Shown: positions 34,382 to 44,636 of the stretch, one piece after another
Numbering within the stretch: the stretch's first letter is position 1
How the letters are laid out: every line of letters starts with the position of its first letter
Assembly (NCBI GenBank): GCA_035648435.1
Contig: DASRLN010000213.1
Coordinates: forward strand, 1-54,887
Origin: Caulobacteraceae bacterium
GTDB taxonomy: Bacteria > Pseudomonadota > Alphaproteobacteria > Caulobacterales > Caulobacteraceae
Direction: 5' to 3'
DNA length: 54,887 bases
Translations under genes and position numbers: made by a program
The notes under the pieces: generated by a model
What the model was told of the DNA's origin: nothing
The model's input: the letters and a program-made list of their open reading frames with translations, nothing else
The model's database searches: none

Positions 34382-35443
34382 ATGGCCGAGGACACTTCCC
34401 GCGAAACGCCGCCCGCCGGGCTCGACGACGACGAACCTATTCCGCTGGCGCCGGGCCTGCCGCCGGAGATCGCCTCGCCGCTGGCCCAGTTCGAGGGCCG
34501 CAAGCCGCCGGCGCCGGCGTGGTTCGACGCCGCCCTGGCGCGGGCGCCGGAGCGCTCCTTCGTGCCGGTTCTGGGCGCCAACGTCGAACTGCTGACCTGG
34601 GGGACGCGGGGCAAGCCGGGGCTGATCTTCGTTCATGGCAACAGCGCCAACGCCGACTGGTGGAGCTTCATCGCGCCGTTCTTCGCGGACGAATTCCGGG
34701 TCGCGGCCCTGTCGCTGTCGGGCATGGGGGCGTCGGACTGGCGGGAGGTCTACGCCTTCGAGACCTTCGCGACCGAGATTCACGCCTGCGCCGAGGCGGC
34801 GGGATTGTACGAGAACCCCGAAAAGCCGGTCTATATCGGCCATTCGTTCGGCGGCTCGCAGGTGTTCTATTCCGCCGCCCGCCATCCGGGGCGGATGCGC
34901 GCGGCGATCCTCATCGACACGGGCTTCGGCGGCCCGCCGACACCTGCGGAGATGGAGGCTTGGCGCAAGGAAGAGGCGCGAGCCGGCCGCGCGCCGCAAT
35001 GGGGCGGCCGGCCCCATCGCAGCGGACCCAACAAGGTCTACCCGACCCTGGAACAGGCCCTCGCCCGGTTCCGGTTCATGCCGCCACAGCGGGCGGGGAA
35101 CCTCTGCGCCGCCGACTGGATCGCCAGGCGGTCGCTGAAGCGGGCGCCCATGCCGGACGGCTCGGGCGAAGGCTGGACCTGGCGTTTCGATCCGGCCGTG
35201 TGGACCAAGCTCGACCGCACCGGAATGAGCGATCTGAGCGCCGCCGCGACCGCGCCCATGGTCCACATCTACGGCGACGATTCGGACATCATCAAACGCC
35301 ACGGGATGGCCGGGCGGGGCAACGAGCTGATGGCGGGGATCCCGCGCATCGTCGTCCCGGGCAGCGAGCATCACGTGATGGTCGACCAGCCCCTGGCGCT
35401 CATCGCCGCCCTGCGCGCGGTGCTGGCGGTGTGGCCGGCTTGA
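34382..35443 (+). CDS. Alpha/beta hydrolase
   Basis: FVHGNSA, nucleophile GHSFGG, and HHVMVD. Confidence 0.9.
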   Translation: MAEDTSRETPPAGLDDDEPIPLAPGLPPEIASPLAQFEGRKPPAPAWFDAALARAPERSFVPVLGANVELLTWGTRGKPGLIFVHGNSANADWWSFIAPFFADEFRVAALSLSGMGASDWREVYAFETFATEIHACAEAAGLYENPEKPVYIGHSFGGSQVFYSAARHPGRMRAAILIDTGFGGPPTPAEMEAWRKEEARAGRAPQWGGRPHRSGPNKVYPTLEQALARFRFMPPQRAGNLCAADWIARRSLKRAPMPDGSGEGWTWRFDPAVWTKLDRTGMSDLSAAATAPMVHIYGDDSDIIKRHGMAGRGNELMAGIPRIVVPGSEHHVMVDQPLALIAALRAVLAVWPA

Positions 35444-35517
35444 GCGTCGCGGCGCCGTGGTGTAGCACCGCCCAGGTCAGCTGAACCACACCGCGCCACC
35501 AGGATCGCCCGCACGCC

Positions 35518-35757
35518 ATGGCCGAGACCGCTTCCGACTACCACCACGGCGACCAGAATCCTTCGGCGCAGGTCGCCACCTATCATCTGTTCAACGCCCT
35601 GACCAAATACGGGGCGCTGCACATCGGGGTGCTTATCCTGTTCTTCACCCTGTGGTTCTGCACCGGGGCGGGCTTCGGCGGGGCCTTGATCACCGCCGTG
35701 GTCCTGTTGGTCGCCGGCATCGTGTTCCTGCGCCGCAAACCCGCCGCCGACCACTAG
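35518..35757 (+). CDS. aa3-type cytochrome c oxidase subunit IV family protein
   Basis: DYHHGDQN...ATYHLFNALTKYG plus TM helices; usual position upstream of pnt. Confidence 0.75.
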   Translation: MAETASDYHHGDQNPSAQVATYHLFNALTKYGALHIGVLILFFTLWFCTGAGFGGALITAVVLLVAGIVFLRRKPAADH

Positions 35758-35770
35758 GGAAGGGGCCTCG

Positions 35771-36913
35771 ATGGCCGTCGTCGCCGTGACCCGGGAGCGC
35801 CACATGGGCGAGCCGCGCGTGGCGATCACGCCGGACGCGGTAAAGAAGTTGGCCGCCCAGGGCGTCCAGGTGGTGATCGAAACGGGCGCGGGCCTGACCG
35901 CCTCGATCGGCGACGAGGACTACCGCGCCGCCGGCGCGACCATCGCCGCCGACCTCTCCGCCACCCTGCGCGACGCGGACATCCTGTTCAAGGTGCGCGG
36001 CCCCGTGGACGAGGAGATCGCGCTGCTCAAGCGCGGCGCCGTGGTTGTCGGCCTGCTCGATCCGCACCAGGCGAGGCCGCTGGTCGAGACGCTGGCGGCG
36101 GCCGGGCTCACCGCCTTCGCCATGGAGTTCGTGCCGCGCATCTCCCGCGCCCAGGCCATGGACGCCCTCTCCAGCCAGGCCAATCTCGCCGGCTACCGGG
36201 CGGTAATCGAGGCGGCGCAGGCCTATGGCCGGGCGATGCCGATGATGATGACCGCCGCCGGCACCATCGCGCCGGCCAAGGTGTTCGTCATGGGGGCCGG
36301 AGTGGCCGGGCTGCAAGCCATCGCCACCGCCCGCCGCCTGGGCGCGGTGGTCAGCGCCACCGACGTCAGGGCCGCCGCCAAGGAACAGGTGGAATCCCTG
36401 GGGGCCAAGTTCGTCGCCGTCGAGGACGAGGAATTCAAAGCCGCCGAAACCGCCGCCGGCTACGCCAAGGAGATGAGCGCCGAGTACCGCGCCAAACAGG
36501 CGGCCCTGGTTTCCGATCACATCCGCAAGCAGGACATCGTCATCACCACGGCCCTGATCCCCGGCCGCGCGGCCCCGCGGCTGGTCAGCGCCACGCAGGT
36601 CGCCTCGATGAAGGCCGGCTCGGTGATCGTCGATCTGGCCGTCGAGCAGGGCGGCAATGTCGAGGGCGCGCGGCCGGACGAGGTGGTGGTGGCCGGCGCC
36701 GGGGTGAAGATCGTCGGCGTCGCCAACCTGGCCGGGCGCATCGCCGCCGACGCCTCGGCCCTCTACGCCCGCAATCTCACCGCCTTCGCCGGCCTGCTGC
36801 TCGACAAGGAAGGCCGCCTGACTCTGGATCTCGACGACGAGATTCTGAAGGCCGCCGTCATCACCCATGGCGGCGTCGTCACCCACCCGGCCCTCGCCCT
36901 CCAGGCCGCCTGA
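35771..36913 (+). CDS. pntAA: NAD(P) transhydrogenase subunit alpha, part 1
   Basis: PRISRAQAMDALSSQANLAGY, GAGVAGLQA and ITTALIPG motifs. Confidence 0.97.
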   Translation: MAVVAVTRERHMGEPRVAITPDAVKKLAAQGVQVVIETGAGLTASIGDEDYRAAGATIAADLSATLRDADILFKVRGPVDEEIALLKRGAVVVGLLDPHQARPLVETLAAAGLTAFAMEFVPRISRAQAMDALSSQANLAGYRAVIEAAQAYGRAMPMMMTAAGTIAPAKVFVMGAGVAGLQAIATARRLGAVVSATDVRAAAKEQVESLGAKFVAVEDEEFKAAETAAGYAKEMSAEYRAKQAALVSDHIRKQDIVITTALIPGRAAPRLVSATQVASMKAGSVIVDLAVEQGGNVEGARPDEVVVAGAGVKIVGVANLAGRIAADASALYARNLTAFAGLLLDKEGRLTLDLDDEILKAAVITHGGVVTHPALALQAA

Positions 36914-36929
36914 GGGAAGGAGTCGAGCC

Positions 36930-37244
36930 ATGGACGCCGTCGATCCCACCATCTTCCGCCTGGCGATCTTCGTCCTGGCGATCTTCGTCGGCTACTACGT
37001 GGTGTGGAGCGTGACGCCGGCCCTGCACACCCCGCTGATGGCGGTGACCAACGCCATCTCCTCGGTGATCATCGTCGGCGCCCTGCTCGCCGCCGCCGCG
37101 CAAGGAGCGGCCGGCAGCCACGTATGGATCTCCAAGAGCGCTGGGGCCGCCGCCGCCGGCCTGGCCTCGGTGAACATCTTCGGCGGTTTCCTGGTCACCC
37201 AGCGCATGCTTGGAATGTACCGCAAGAAGGACAAGGCCAAGTGA
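36930..37244 (+). CDS. pntAB: NAD(P) transhydrogenase subunit alpha, part 2
   Basis: VTPALHTPLMAVTNAISS and NIFGGFLVTQRML. Confidence 0.97.
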   Translation: MDAVDPTIFRLAIFVLAIFVGYYVVWSVTPALHTPLMAVTNAISSVIIVGALLAAAAQGAAGSHVWISKSAGAAAAGLASVNIFGGFLVTQRMLGMYRKKDKAK

Positions 37245-37251
37245 GGGGTCC

Positions 37252-38661
<1,410 letters not shown>

Positions 38662-38719
38662 GCGTCGGCGGAAGGCCGACATGAGGGTCGCCAGTCGGCA
38701 AAAGTCATTGCTCGCTCGG

Positions 38720-38736
38720 GATATATTTTGTATATC
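38720..38736. promoter_or_regulatory. Putative mazEF autoregulatory operator
   Basis: GATATA-N5-TATATC inverted repeat upstream of mazE. Confidence 0.6.
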
Positions 38737-38768
38737 TAACTCCGGTGATCCGGCGAAGGCGAACCGCA

Positions 38769-39014
38769 ATGCATGTCCAGATATCGAAATGGGGCAATTC
38801 CTTGGGTCTGCGGCTGCCGCGCGCCCTGGCGCAGCGGATCGGCGTTCGCGAAGGGGAGAAGGTCAACCTCGTCCTCGATGGCGACCGGCTGATTGTCGAA
38901 GCGGCGGCGCCGCGTTGGCGTCTCGAGGACCTGCTCGTGAACATGACTCCCGAGGCGATGGGCGACGCCTTCGCGTGGGGAGACGATAAGGGCCGCGAAA
39001 TCGTCGATGACTGA
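38769..39014 (+). CDS. mazE: AbrB/MazE antitoxin
   Basis: ISKWGNSLGLRLP...LEDLL...WGDDKGREI. Confidence 0.92.
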   Translation: MHVQISKWGNSLGLRLPRALAQRIGVREGEKVNLVLDGDRLIVEAAAPRWRLEDLLVNMTPEAMGDAFAWGDDKGREIVDD

Positions 39015-39363
39015 CGGCGACTACGTTCCGGAGGCGGGCGATCTGATCTGGACCGATTTCGACCCCCGGATGGGGCGCGAACGGAGCGGCCGGCGGCCCG
39101 CCGTCGTGCTTTCGGCGCGCGCCTTCTCTCGGGTCTCCGCCTTCGCGATTGTGTGTCCGATAACGACCAGGCTGCGCGATTTTGGGTCGAGCGTTCTCCT
39201 GCCGCCCGGTCTGCCGATCGGCGGCGAAATCCTCACCAGCCACATTCGCAGCATCGACACCATTGCCAGGCCCATCCGCTACGCGGGCGCGGCGGTCCCG
39301 GGTGGCGTTCTGGCCGAGGTGCGCGCGAAACTCGCCACGCTCTGTGGAATCGAAAGTCGCTAG
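39007..39363 (+). CDS. mazF: MazF/PemK endoribonuclease toxin
   Basis: YVPEAGDLIWTDFDP..GRE..GRRPAVVLS...CPIT. Confidence 0.92.
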   Translation: MTDGDYVPEAGDLIWTDFDPRMGRERSGRRPAVVLSARAFSRVSAFAIVCPITTRLRDFGSSVLLPPGLPIGGEILTSHIRSIDTIARPIRYAGAAVPGGVLAEVRAKLATLCGIESR

Positions 39364-39365
39364 AC

Positions 39366-40274
39366 ATGGCCGAGCATTCCGAGCAGCCGCCGCCGCGCGG
39401 CGCGGTGGTCGAGATCGGTGGCGGCCGGCGGATGCGCGCCGTGCGCGCCGGCCCGACCGCCTCACTCCATCCGCTCGTCCTGCTCGAAGCCGGCGCGTTC
39501 GGGTTTTCGGCGGACTGGGCGGTGGTGCAGGAGCGGCTGGCGGGCAAGGGCCTGCGGTCGCTGGCCTATGACCGCGCTGGGCTCGGCTTCTCCGATCCGG
39601 GGCCCTCGCCGCGCGACGCCCTGGCCATCGCGGGCGATCTGGAGGCCCTGTTCGCGGCGATCGGCGAAGCGGGGCCGCTGATCCTCTGCGGGCATTCGAT
39701 GGCCGGGCTGCATCTGCGGCTCTACGCCGGGCGCAACCCGGCCCGCGTGGCCGGCGTGGTTCTGGTCGATGCGACGACGCCCGAGGCGATGGATTCAAAG
39801 CTGGTGAGCGGCTTCGTCGACCGGTTCGCCGGTGTTTCCAGGATGGCGGCGTGGGGGGCGAGATCGGGCCTCTTCGCGCCGCTGGCCAAGGCCGGCGTCG
39901 CCGACGGCATCGGTCTTACCGGCTCGGCAAGGGAAGAAAAGCGCTGGGCCTTCGCCGATCCGGTCCACAACCACTGGGCGGCGGAGGAGGCGGCGCAGTG
40001 GCCGAGGGCGGCGGCGCAGGCGCGGGCGGCTGGCCGCTTCGATCCGGCCCTGCCGGTCGCGGTGATCCTGGCCGGATCGCCGGAGGGAACCGAGCGCTGG
40101 AAATCCCTGCAGACCGCGCCGGCCAATGCCTCCCGCCACGGCTCCATCGACCATGTCCGGGGCGCCTCGCACGCCAACATCCTGGGCGCCCGGTTCGCCG
40201 ACCGGGTGGTGCGCGGAATCGAGAACGTGCGGGCGGTGGCCGAATCAACGGACCATTCATCCGCGCCGGGCTAG
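39366..40274 (+). CDS. Alpha/beta hydrolase
   Basis: YDRAGLGFSD and GHSMAG. Confidence 0.88.
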   Translation: MAEHSEQPPPRGAVVEIGGGRRMRAVRAGPTASLHPLVLLEAGAFGFSADWAVVQERLAGKGLRSLAYDRAGLGFSDPGPSPRDALAIAGDLEALFAAIGEAGPLILCGHSMAGLHLRLYAGRNPARVAGVVLVDATTPEAMDSKLVSGFVDRFAGVSRMAAWGARSGLFAPLAKAGVADGIGLTGSAREEKRWAFADPVHNHWAAEEAAQWPRAAAQARAAGRFDPALPVAVILAGSPEGTERWKSLQTAPANASRHGSIDHVRGASHANILGARFADRVVRGIENVRAVAESTDHSSAPG

Positions 40275-40316
40275 GACTTCGAACAAGGCCCCGCTCGGGC
40301 GCTTGACGGTGGGGCC

Positions 40317-41243
40317 ATGAACCGCGCGCTTGTTCTCGAAGGGGTGACCAAACGCTACGGCGCGTTCACGGCGGTCGATGACCTCGGCTTCTCGATCCGG
40401 AGGGGGAAGATCCTGGGCTTCCTCGGACCCAACGGGGCGGGCAAGACCTCGACCCTGCGCATGGTACTGGGCCTGGTGACCCCGACCTGCGGCCGCATCG
40501 AGGTGCTGGGAGATTCCGACGCCTCCAGGGTGCGCCAGCGGATCGGCTTCCTGCCCGAGGAGCGGGGGCTCTACCGGCGGATGACGCCGGTGGCGGTGAT
40601 CACCTTCCTGGCCGGCCTCAAGGGCGTGCCGGGACCCGAGGCGCGGCGACGCGCCCGCCTGCTGCTCGAATCGCAGGGGCTGGCCGACGCCGCCGACCGC
40701 CAGATCCGCTCGCTCTCCAAGGGCATGGCGCAGAAAGTCCAGCTGCTCTCGGCGATCGCCCACGAACCGGACCTGGTGGTGCTGGACGAGCCGTTCTCGG
40801 GCCTTGATCCGGTCAATCAGCAGTCGCTGGAGGTGCTGATCCGGGGTCTGGCGGCGCGTGGGGCGACGGTGGTGTTCTCGACCCACGTGATGCAGCATGC
40901 CGAGCGATTGTGCGACCAGGTGGTGCTGATGTCCGGCGGCAGGAAGGTGTTCGACGGCACGGTGGAGGCGGCCCGGGCGGCGGCGCCCAGGACCCTGATC
41001 CTCGAAGGCCATTTCGACGGCGGCGCGCTTTCCGATCTGCCCGGGCTGAGCCATTTGGCGGTCGAGCCGCTGGAGACCGGCGGCCGGCGGGCCACCGCCT
41101 CCCTGAACGCCGACGCGCCGGCCCAGGAGGTGCTCAAGGCGGCTTTCGCCAAGGGACTGGATTTGAGCCGGTTCGAACTGCGCGAACCCAATCTGCACGA
41201 TGCCTTCATTGTCCACACCAGCGGCGGAAGATCGATGCCATGA
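40317..41243 (+). CDS. ABC transporter ATP-binding protein (NatA-like)
   Basis: GPNGAGKT, LSKGM and LDEPFSGLDP. Confidence 0.93.
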   Translation: MNRALVLEGVTKRYGAFTAVDDLGFSIRRGKILGFLGPNGAGKTSTLRMVLGLVTPTCGRIEVLGDSDASRVRQRIGFLPEERGLYRRMTPVAVITFLAGLKGVPGPEARRRARLLLESQGLADAADRQIRSLSKGMAQKVQLLSAIAHEPDLVVLDEPFSGLDPVNQQSLEVLIRGLAARGATVVFSTHVMQHAERLCDQVVLMSGGRKVFDGTVEAARAAAPRTLILEGHFDGGALSDLPGLSHLAVEPLETGGRRATASLNADAPAQEVLKAAFAKGLDLSRFELREPNLHDAFIVHTSGGRSMP

Positions 41244-41259
41244 ACCGGCCGGAAGCTTC

Positions 41260-42549
41260 ATGAACCGGCTGCTGCGGATCGCCTGGCGCGAGTACCTGGC
41301 CTATGTGCGGACGCCCGGATTCTGGCTGTCGATCCTGCTGCTGCCGGTGGGCATCTCGACCTACGCCCTGGCCCCGATGCTCATGGCCCGTTCAACGCCC
41401 ACCGCCCAGGTCGCGGTGGTGGATTTCAGCGGCCGCGGCCTCGAGGCGCCGGTGGGCGCCGCCCTGGCCGCGCTTCGGGCCGGCGGCCGGCCCCAGGCCC
41501 GTCTGGTCGCCGCGCCCGGTGGCCCGTTCGTCGATGCCGCCGAGGCCACGCGGACGTTGCGCGACTATCTGCGGGGAAGCCGCGAACTGCCGGGCGGCGG
41601 CCGGCTGGAGGCGGCGGCGATCCTGCGGCCGGCGGGGGACACGGTGGCCGTCGATTTCTGGAGCCGCAACGTCGCCGACCGCTCGCTGGAAAACACCGTG
41701 GGCCTGGCGGTCCAGACGTCCCTGCGCCGCCAGGCGCTGGAAAAGCAGGGCGTCAGTCCCGAGGTGCTGTCGTCGATCGACTCCCTGTCGCCCAGCGTCG
41801 CCGACTTCTCGCCCAAGGCCGAGCGCGGCCGGGTGGCGCTGAAGGATCGCCTGCCGGGGATTGCCGGCTTCGCCATGGGCATGCTCCTGTGGATGGTGGT
41901 GCTGACGGGCGCGGGCATGCTGCTCAACAGCGTCATCGAGGAGAAGAGCAGCCGCATCCTCGAGGTCCTGCTCTCCTCGTGCTCCGTCCCCGAGATCATG
42001 GGCGGCAAGATCCTCGGCGTGGCGGCGGTCACCGGCACGGTGCTGGCCTTCTGGATGACCATCGCCGGGACCCTGGTGGCCATCCGCTCGCCGGTGGTGG
42101 CCGGCGAGGTGCTGGGTATCCTCATCGCCCATGGCCTGTGGGCCTATTTCATCCTCTATTTTCTCGGCGGCTATCTGATGTTCGCCACCCTCTATGTCTG
42201 CGTCGGGGCCTTCTGCGAGTCCACGCGCGAGGCCCAGACCCTGCTCGGGCCGATGATGATCCTGATGAGCGTGCCGCTGATCTTCATGAGCCAGGCGCTC
42301 ACCCAGCCCGACGCGCCGCTGCTGCGAACCCTGTCGTGGATTCCTCCGTTCACGCCGTTCATGATGGCCGCCCGCGCGGCCAGCGACCCGCCCCTGTGGC
42401 AGGTGGCGGCGACCGCGATCATGATGTTCGCGGTCACCGGGCTCGAACTGTGGGTGGCGATCCCGGCCTTCAAGTCCGGCGCCCTGGCCACCGGCCGGTT
42501 CGAGTTGAAGACCTTCGTCGCCAGTCTGGCGCGGCGGGGCCGGGACTGA
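41260..42549 (+). CDS. ABC-2 permease (NatB-like)
   Basis: VIEEKSSRILEVLLSS...GKILG plus multiple TM helices. Confidence 0.9.
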   Translation: MNRLLRIAWREYLAYVRTPGFWLSILLLPVGISTYALAPMLMARSTPTAQVAVVDFSGRGLEAPVGAALAALRAGGRPQARLVAAPGGPFVDAAEATRTLRDYLRGSRELPGGGRLEAAAILRPAGDTVAVDFWSRNVADRSLENTVGLAVQTSLRRQALEKQGVSPEVLSSIDSLSPSVADFSPKAERGRVALKDRLPGIAGFAMGMLLWMVVLTGAGMLLNSVIEEKSSRILEVLLSSCSVPEIMGGKILGVAAVTGTVLAFWMTIAGTLVAIRSPVVAGEVLGILIAHGLWAYFILYFLGGYLMFATLYVCVGAFCESTREAQTLLGPMMILMSVPLIFMSQALTQPDAPLLRTLSWIPPFTPFMMAARAASDPPLWQVAATAIMMFAVTGLELWVAIPAFKSGALATGRFELKTFVASLARRGRD

Positions 42550-42583
42550 TCGATATCGCGGTCCGGCGCCTATATCTCCACCC

Positions 42584-43483
42584 ATGCTCCCGACCCTTCG
42601 CCAGCTCCACTACCTCAAGCTCCTGGCCGAGCATCGCTCGTTCAGCCGGGCGGCGGAGGCGGCCAACGTCACCCAGCCGACCCTCTCGGCCGGGGTGGCG
42701 GAACTCGAAAAGATTCTCGGAACCGCGATGGTCGATCGAAACCGCTCCGGCGTCATCCTCACGGAGGCGGGGAGCGAAGCGGTGGCGCGGGCGCGGGCCA
42801 TCCTGGCCCAGGCCGAGGATCTGGTCGATCAGGCCCGGGCCTCCGGCCAGCCGCTGGGGGGCCGTTTCCGGCTGGGGATCATTCCCACCGTCGCGCCCTT
42901 CCTGCTGCCCGCCGCCCTGCCGGTGCTGCGGCGCCGGTTTCCCAGTCTGCGGCTGTTCCTGCGCGAGGATTTGACTCACCGCCTGATCGCCGACCTCAAG
43001 GCCGGCGTCCTCGACGCCGCCGTGGTGGCGACGCCCTATGACCTCGCCGGCCTCGACTGGGCGCCGGTGGCCGAGGACGAGCTGCTCGCCGCCTTCCCCG
43101 CCAATCACCCGCTCACCGCGCGGGAACGGATCGCGCCGGAGAGCCTGGACGGCGAGGAGCTGATCCTGCTGGAGGACGGCCACTGTCTGCGCCAGCACGC
43201 CCTGGCCGCCTGCGGCCTGGGCGGCAGGCCGGCCCGGCCGGGCCGCGACGAGGCCTTCGCCGCCACCTCCCTGCCGACCCTGGTGCAGATGGTCGGATCC
43301 GGCCTCGGCGTCTCCTTCCTGCCGGCCATGGCCGTGGCCGCCGGCCTCGCCGAGGCCGCCGCCGTCACCGTCCGGCCCCTGGACTGCGACAACGCCACCC
43401 GCCGGATCGTCGTCGCCTGGCGCGCCGGCTCGACCCGGGCGGCGGAGGGAGCGCTGCTGGCCGAAGTGTTCGCGGGGGCGTGA
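42584..43483 (+). CDS. oxyR: Hydrogen peroxide-inducible genes activator (LysR family)
   Basis: LysR HTH; LLEDGHCLRQHALAAC with both redox Cys; ATSLPTL. Confidence 0.9.
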   Translation: MLPTLRQLHYLKLLAEHRSFSRAAEAANVTQPTLSAGVAELEKILGTAMVDRNRSGVILTEAGSEAVARARAILAQAEDLVDQARASGQPLGGRFRLGIIPTVAPFLLPAALPVLRRRFPSLRLFLREDLTHRLIADLKAGVLDAAVVATPYDLAGLDWAPVAEDELLAAFPANHPLTARERIAPESLDGEELILLEDGHCLRQHALAACGLGGRPARPGRDEAFAATSLPTLVQMVGSGLGVSFLPAMAVAAGLAEAAAVTVRPLDCDNATRRIVVAWRAGSTRAAEGALLAEVFAGA

Positions 43484-43494
43484 GCCTCGGTGGC

Positions 43495-43884
43495 TCAGTG
43501 CGGGTCACGGATGACCACGACATCGAGGCCGGTGAGTCCCGCCCAGGCCCGGTCGGCGGTGATCGCCGGCAATCCCCGCGCGCGGGCCAGCGCCAGGCAG
43601 GCGCGACCGCCCAAGGAAAGTCCGCGCGACTTCGTCGACTTGCGAAGCTCGCCGCAGACCATGGCCTGCTCGGCGGTGAAATCGACGACATCGATTCCGG
43701 TCGCTTCCGCGACGGCCCGCGCCTCACGGGCGGCCATGCCCCGCTCGCCGAGCTGGGCGACGATCTCCGCCAGGTTGACGGCGGAGAGAAGGGCGCCCGG
43801 CAGGGCGGCCATGACCACTTCGGCGCCGGGTTCCGCGAGCAGCAGGGCCAGCAGAGCCGAGCTGTCGAGGACCGCGTCACTCAC
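43495..43884 (-). CDS. vapC: VapC (PIN) toxin
   Basis: VLDSSALLALL..EPG, VNLAE, GLSLGGRACLA and TADRAW. Confidence 0.88.
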   Translation of the reverse strand: MSDAVLDSSALLALLLAEPGAEVVMAALPGALLSAVNLAEIVAQLGERGMAAREARAVAEATGIDVVDFTAEQAMVCGELRKSTKSRGLSLGGRACLALARARGLPAITADRAWAGLTGLDVVVIRDPH

Positions 43885-44125
43885 GATCGGCGGCGGCCCG
43901 GCGCTCGGCGAACAATTCATCGACCATGCCGGTGGCGGCGGGGCCGACATACCGTCCGACCAGGGCCTGCGCCCTACGCACGGCGGCTTCGACCGGCTCG
44001 AGGACCACCGTCCCATCGACGAACCGCGCCACCAATCGTCCGCCGCCGGCCATGCCGAGCGCGGCGCGCATTTCGGCGGGTATCACCACCCTGCCGTTCG
44101 GAGCGACCTTCAGATTGGCCTGCAT
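43877..44125 (-). CDS. vapB: AbrB-type antitoxin
   Basis: NGRVVIPAEMRAALG...MVDELFAERR; overlaps vapC. Confidence 0.85.
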   Translation of the reverse strand: MQANLKVAPNGRVVIPAEMRAALGMAGGGRLVARFVDGTVVLEPVEAAVRRAQALVGRYVGPAATGMVDELFAERRAAADRE

Positions 44126-44213
44126 GGCCTCAGCGGATCCGCGTCATGACACGAATCAATCGTGTGTCACGAAGCGTTGGAATTTCAATGACGCGCTTCC
44201 GGGCCTCGCTTGG

Positions 44214-44519
44214 TCACGATTCCTGCCAGAGGGCGAGTTCGATCGACCCGGGGGCGAACAGTCCCGCCGTGCCCGCGTCGGCGGTCATCTTCTGCCAGGT
44301 CGCGTCGCCATAGATCTTCATGCGCGCCGCCTCCCAGGCGGCGGCGTTCTCGTGGGTGGTGGAAAGCACGACGTGGCCGCCCGCGCCGGTCAGCCGCGAG
44401 AGAATCCGATACTCCGACCCGGTCAGGCTCTTGATGTGGCCGGCGACCTTGGTCAGGTATTCCATGGCTTCGGCGGTCTTGCCCCCGGCGATGACGAACG
44501 AAGCGGTGATGAGCATCAT
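44214..44519 (-). CDS. Small dimeric alpha-beta barrel-like protein
   Basis: 101 aa, GGAGA RBS, NIPSNAP-like spacing. Confidence 0.55.
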   Translation of the reverse strand: MMLITASFVIAGGKTAEAMEYLTKVAGHIKSLTGSEYRILSRLTGAGGHVVLSTTHENAAAWEAARMKIYGDATWQKMTADAGTAGLFAPGSIELALWQES

Positions 44520-44636
44520 CGGACGTGTCTCCTTTGAACGTTTGATCCTGCGCCTCGGACCGTGGCGGGGCGTTGCACCCGGCGCGTCCCCCCTTTGGGG
44601 GAGACGGCGGAAAAAAACGAAACCGGCGTGCGCGCC

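Noticed and set aside
34252..34400. tRNA/tmRNA at the integration site
   Set aside because: No cloverleaf or T-loop GTTCGA/CCA signature on either strand.
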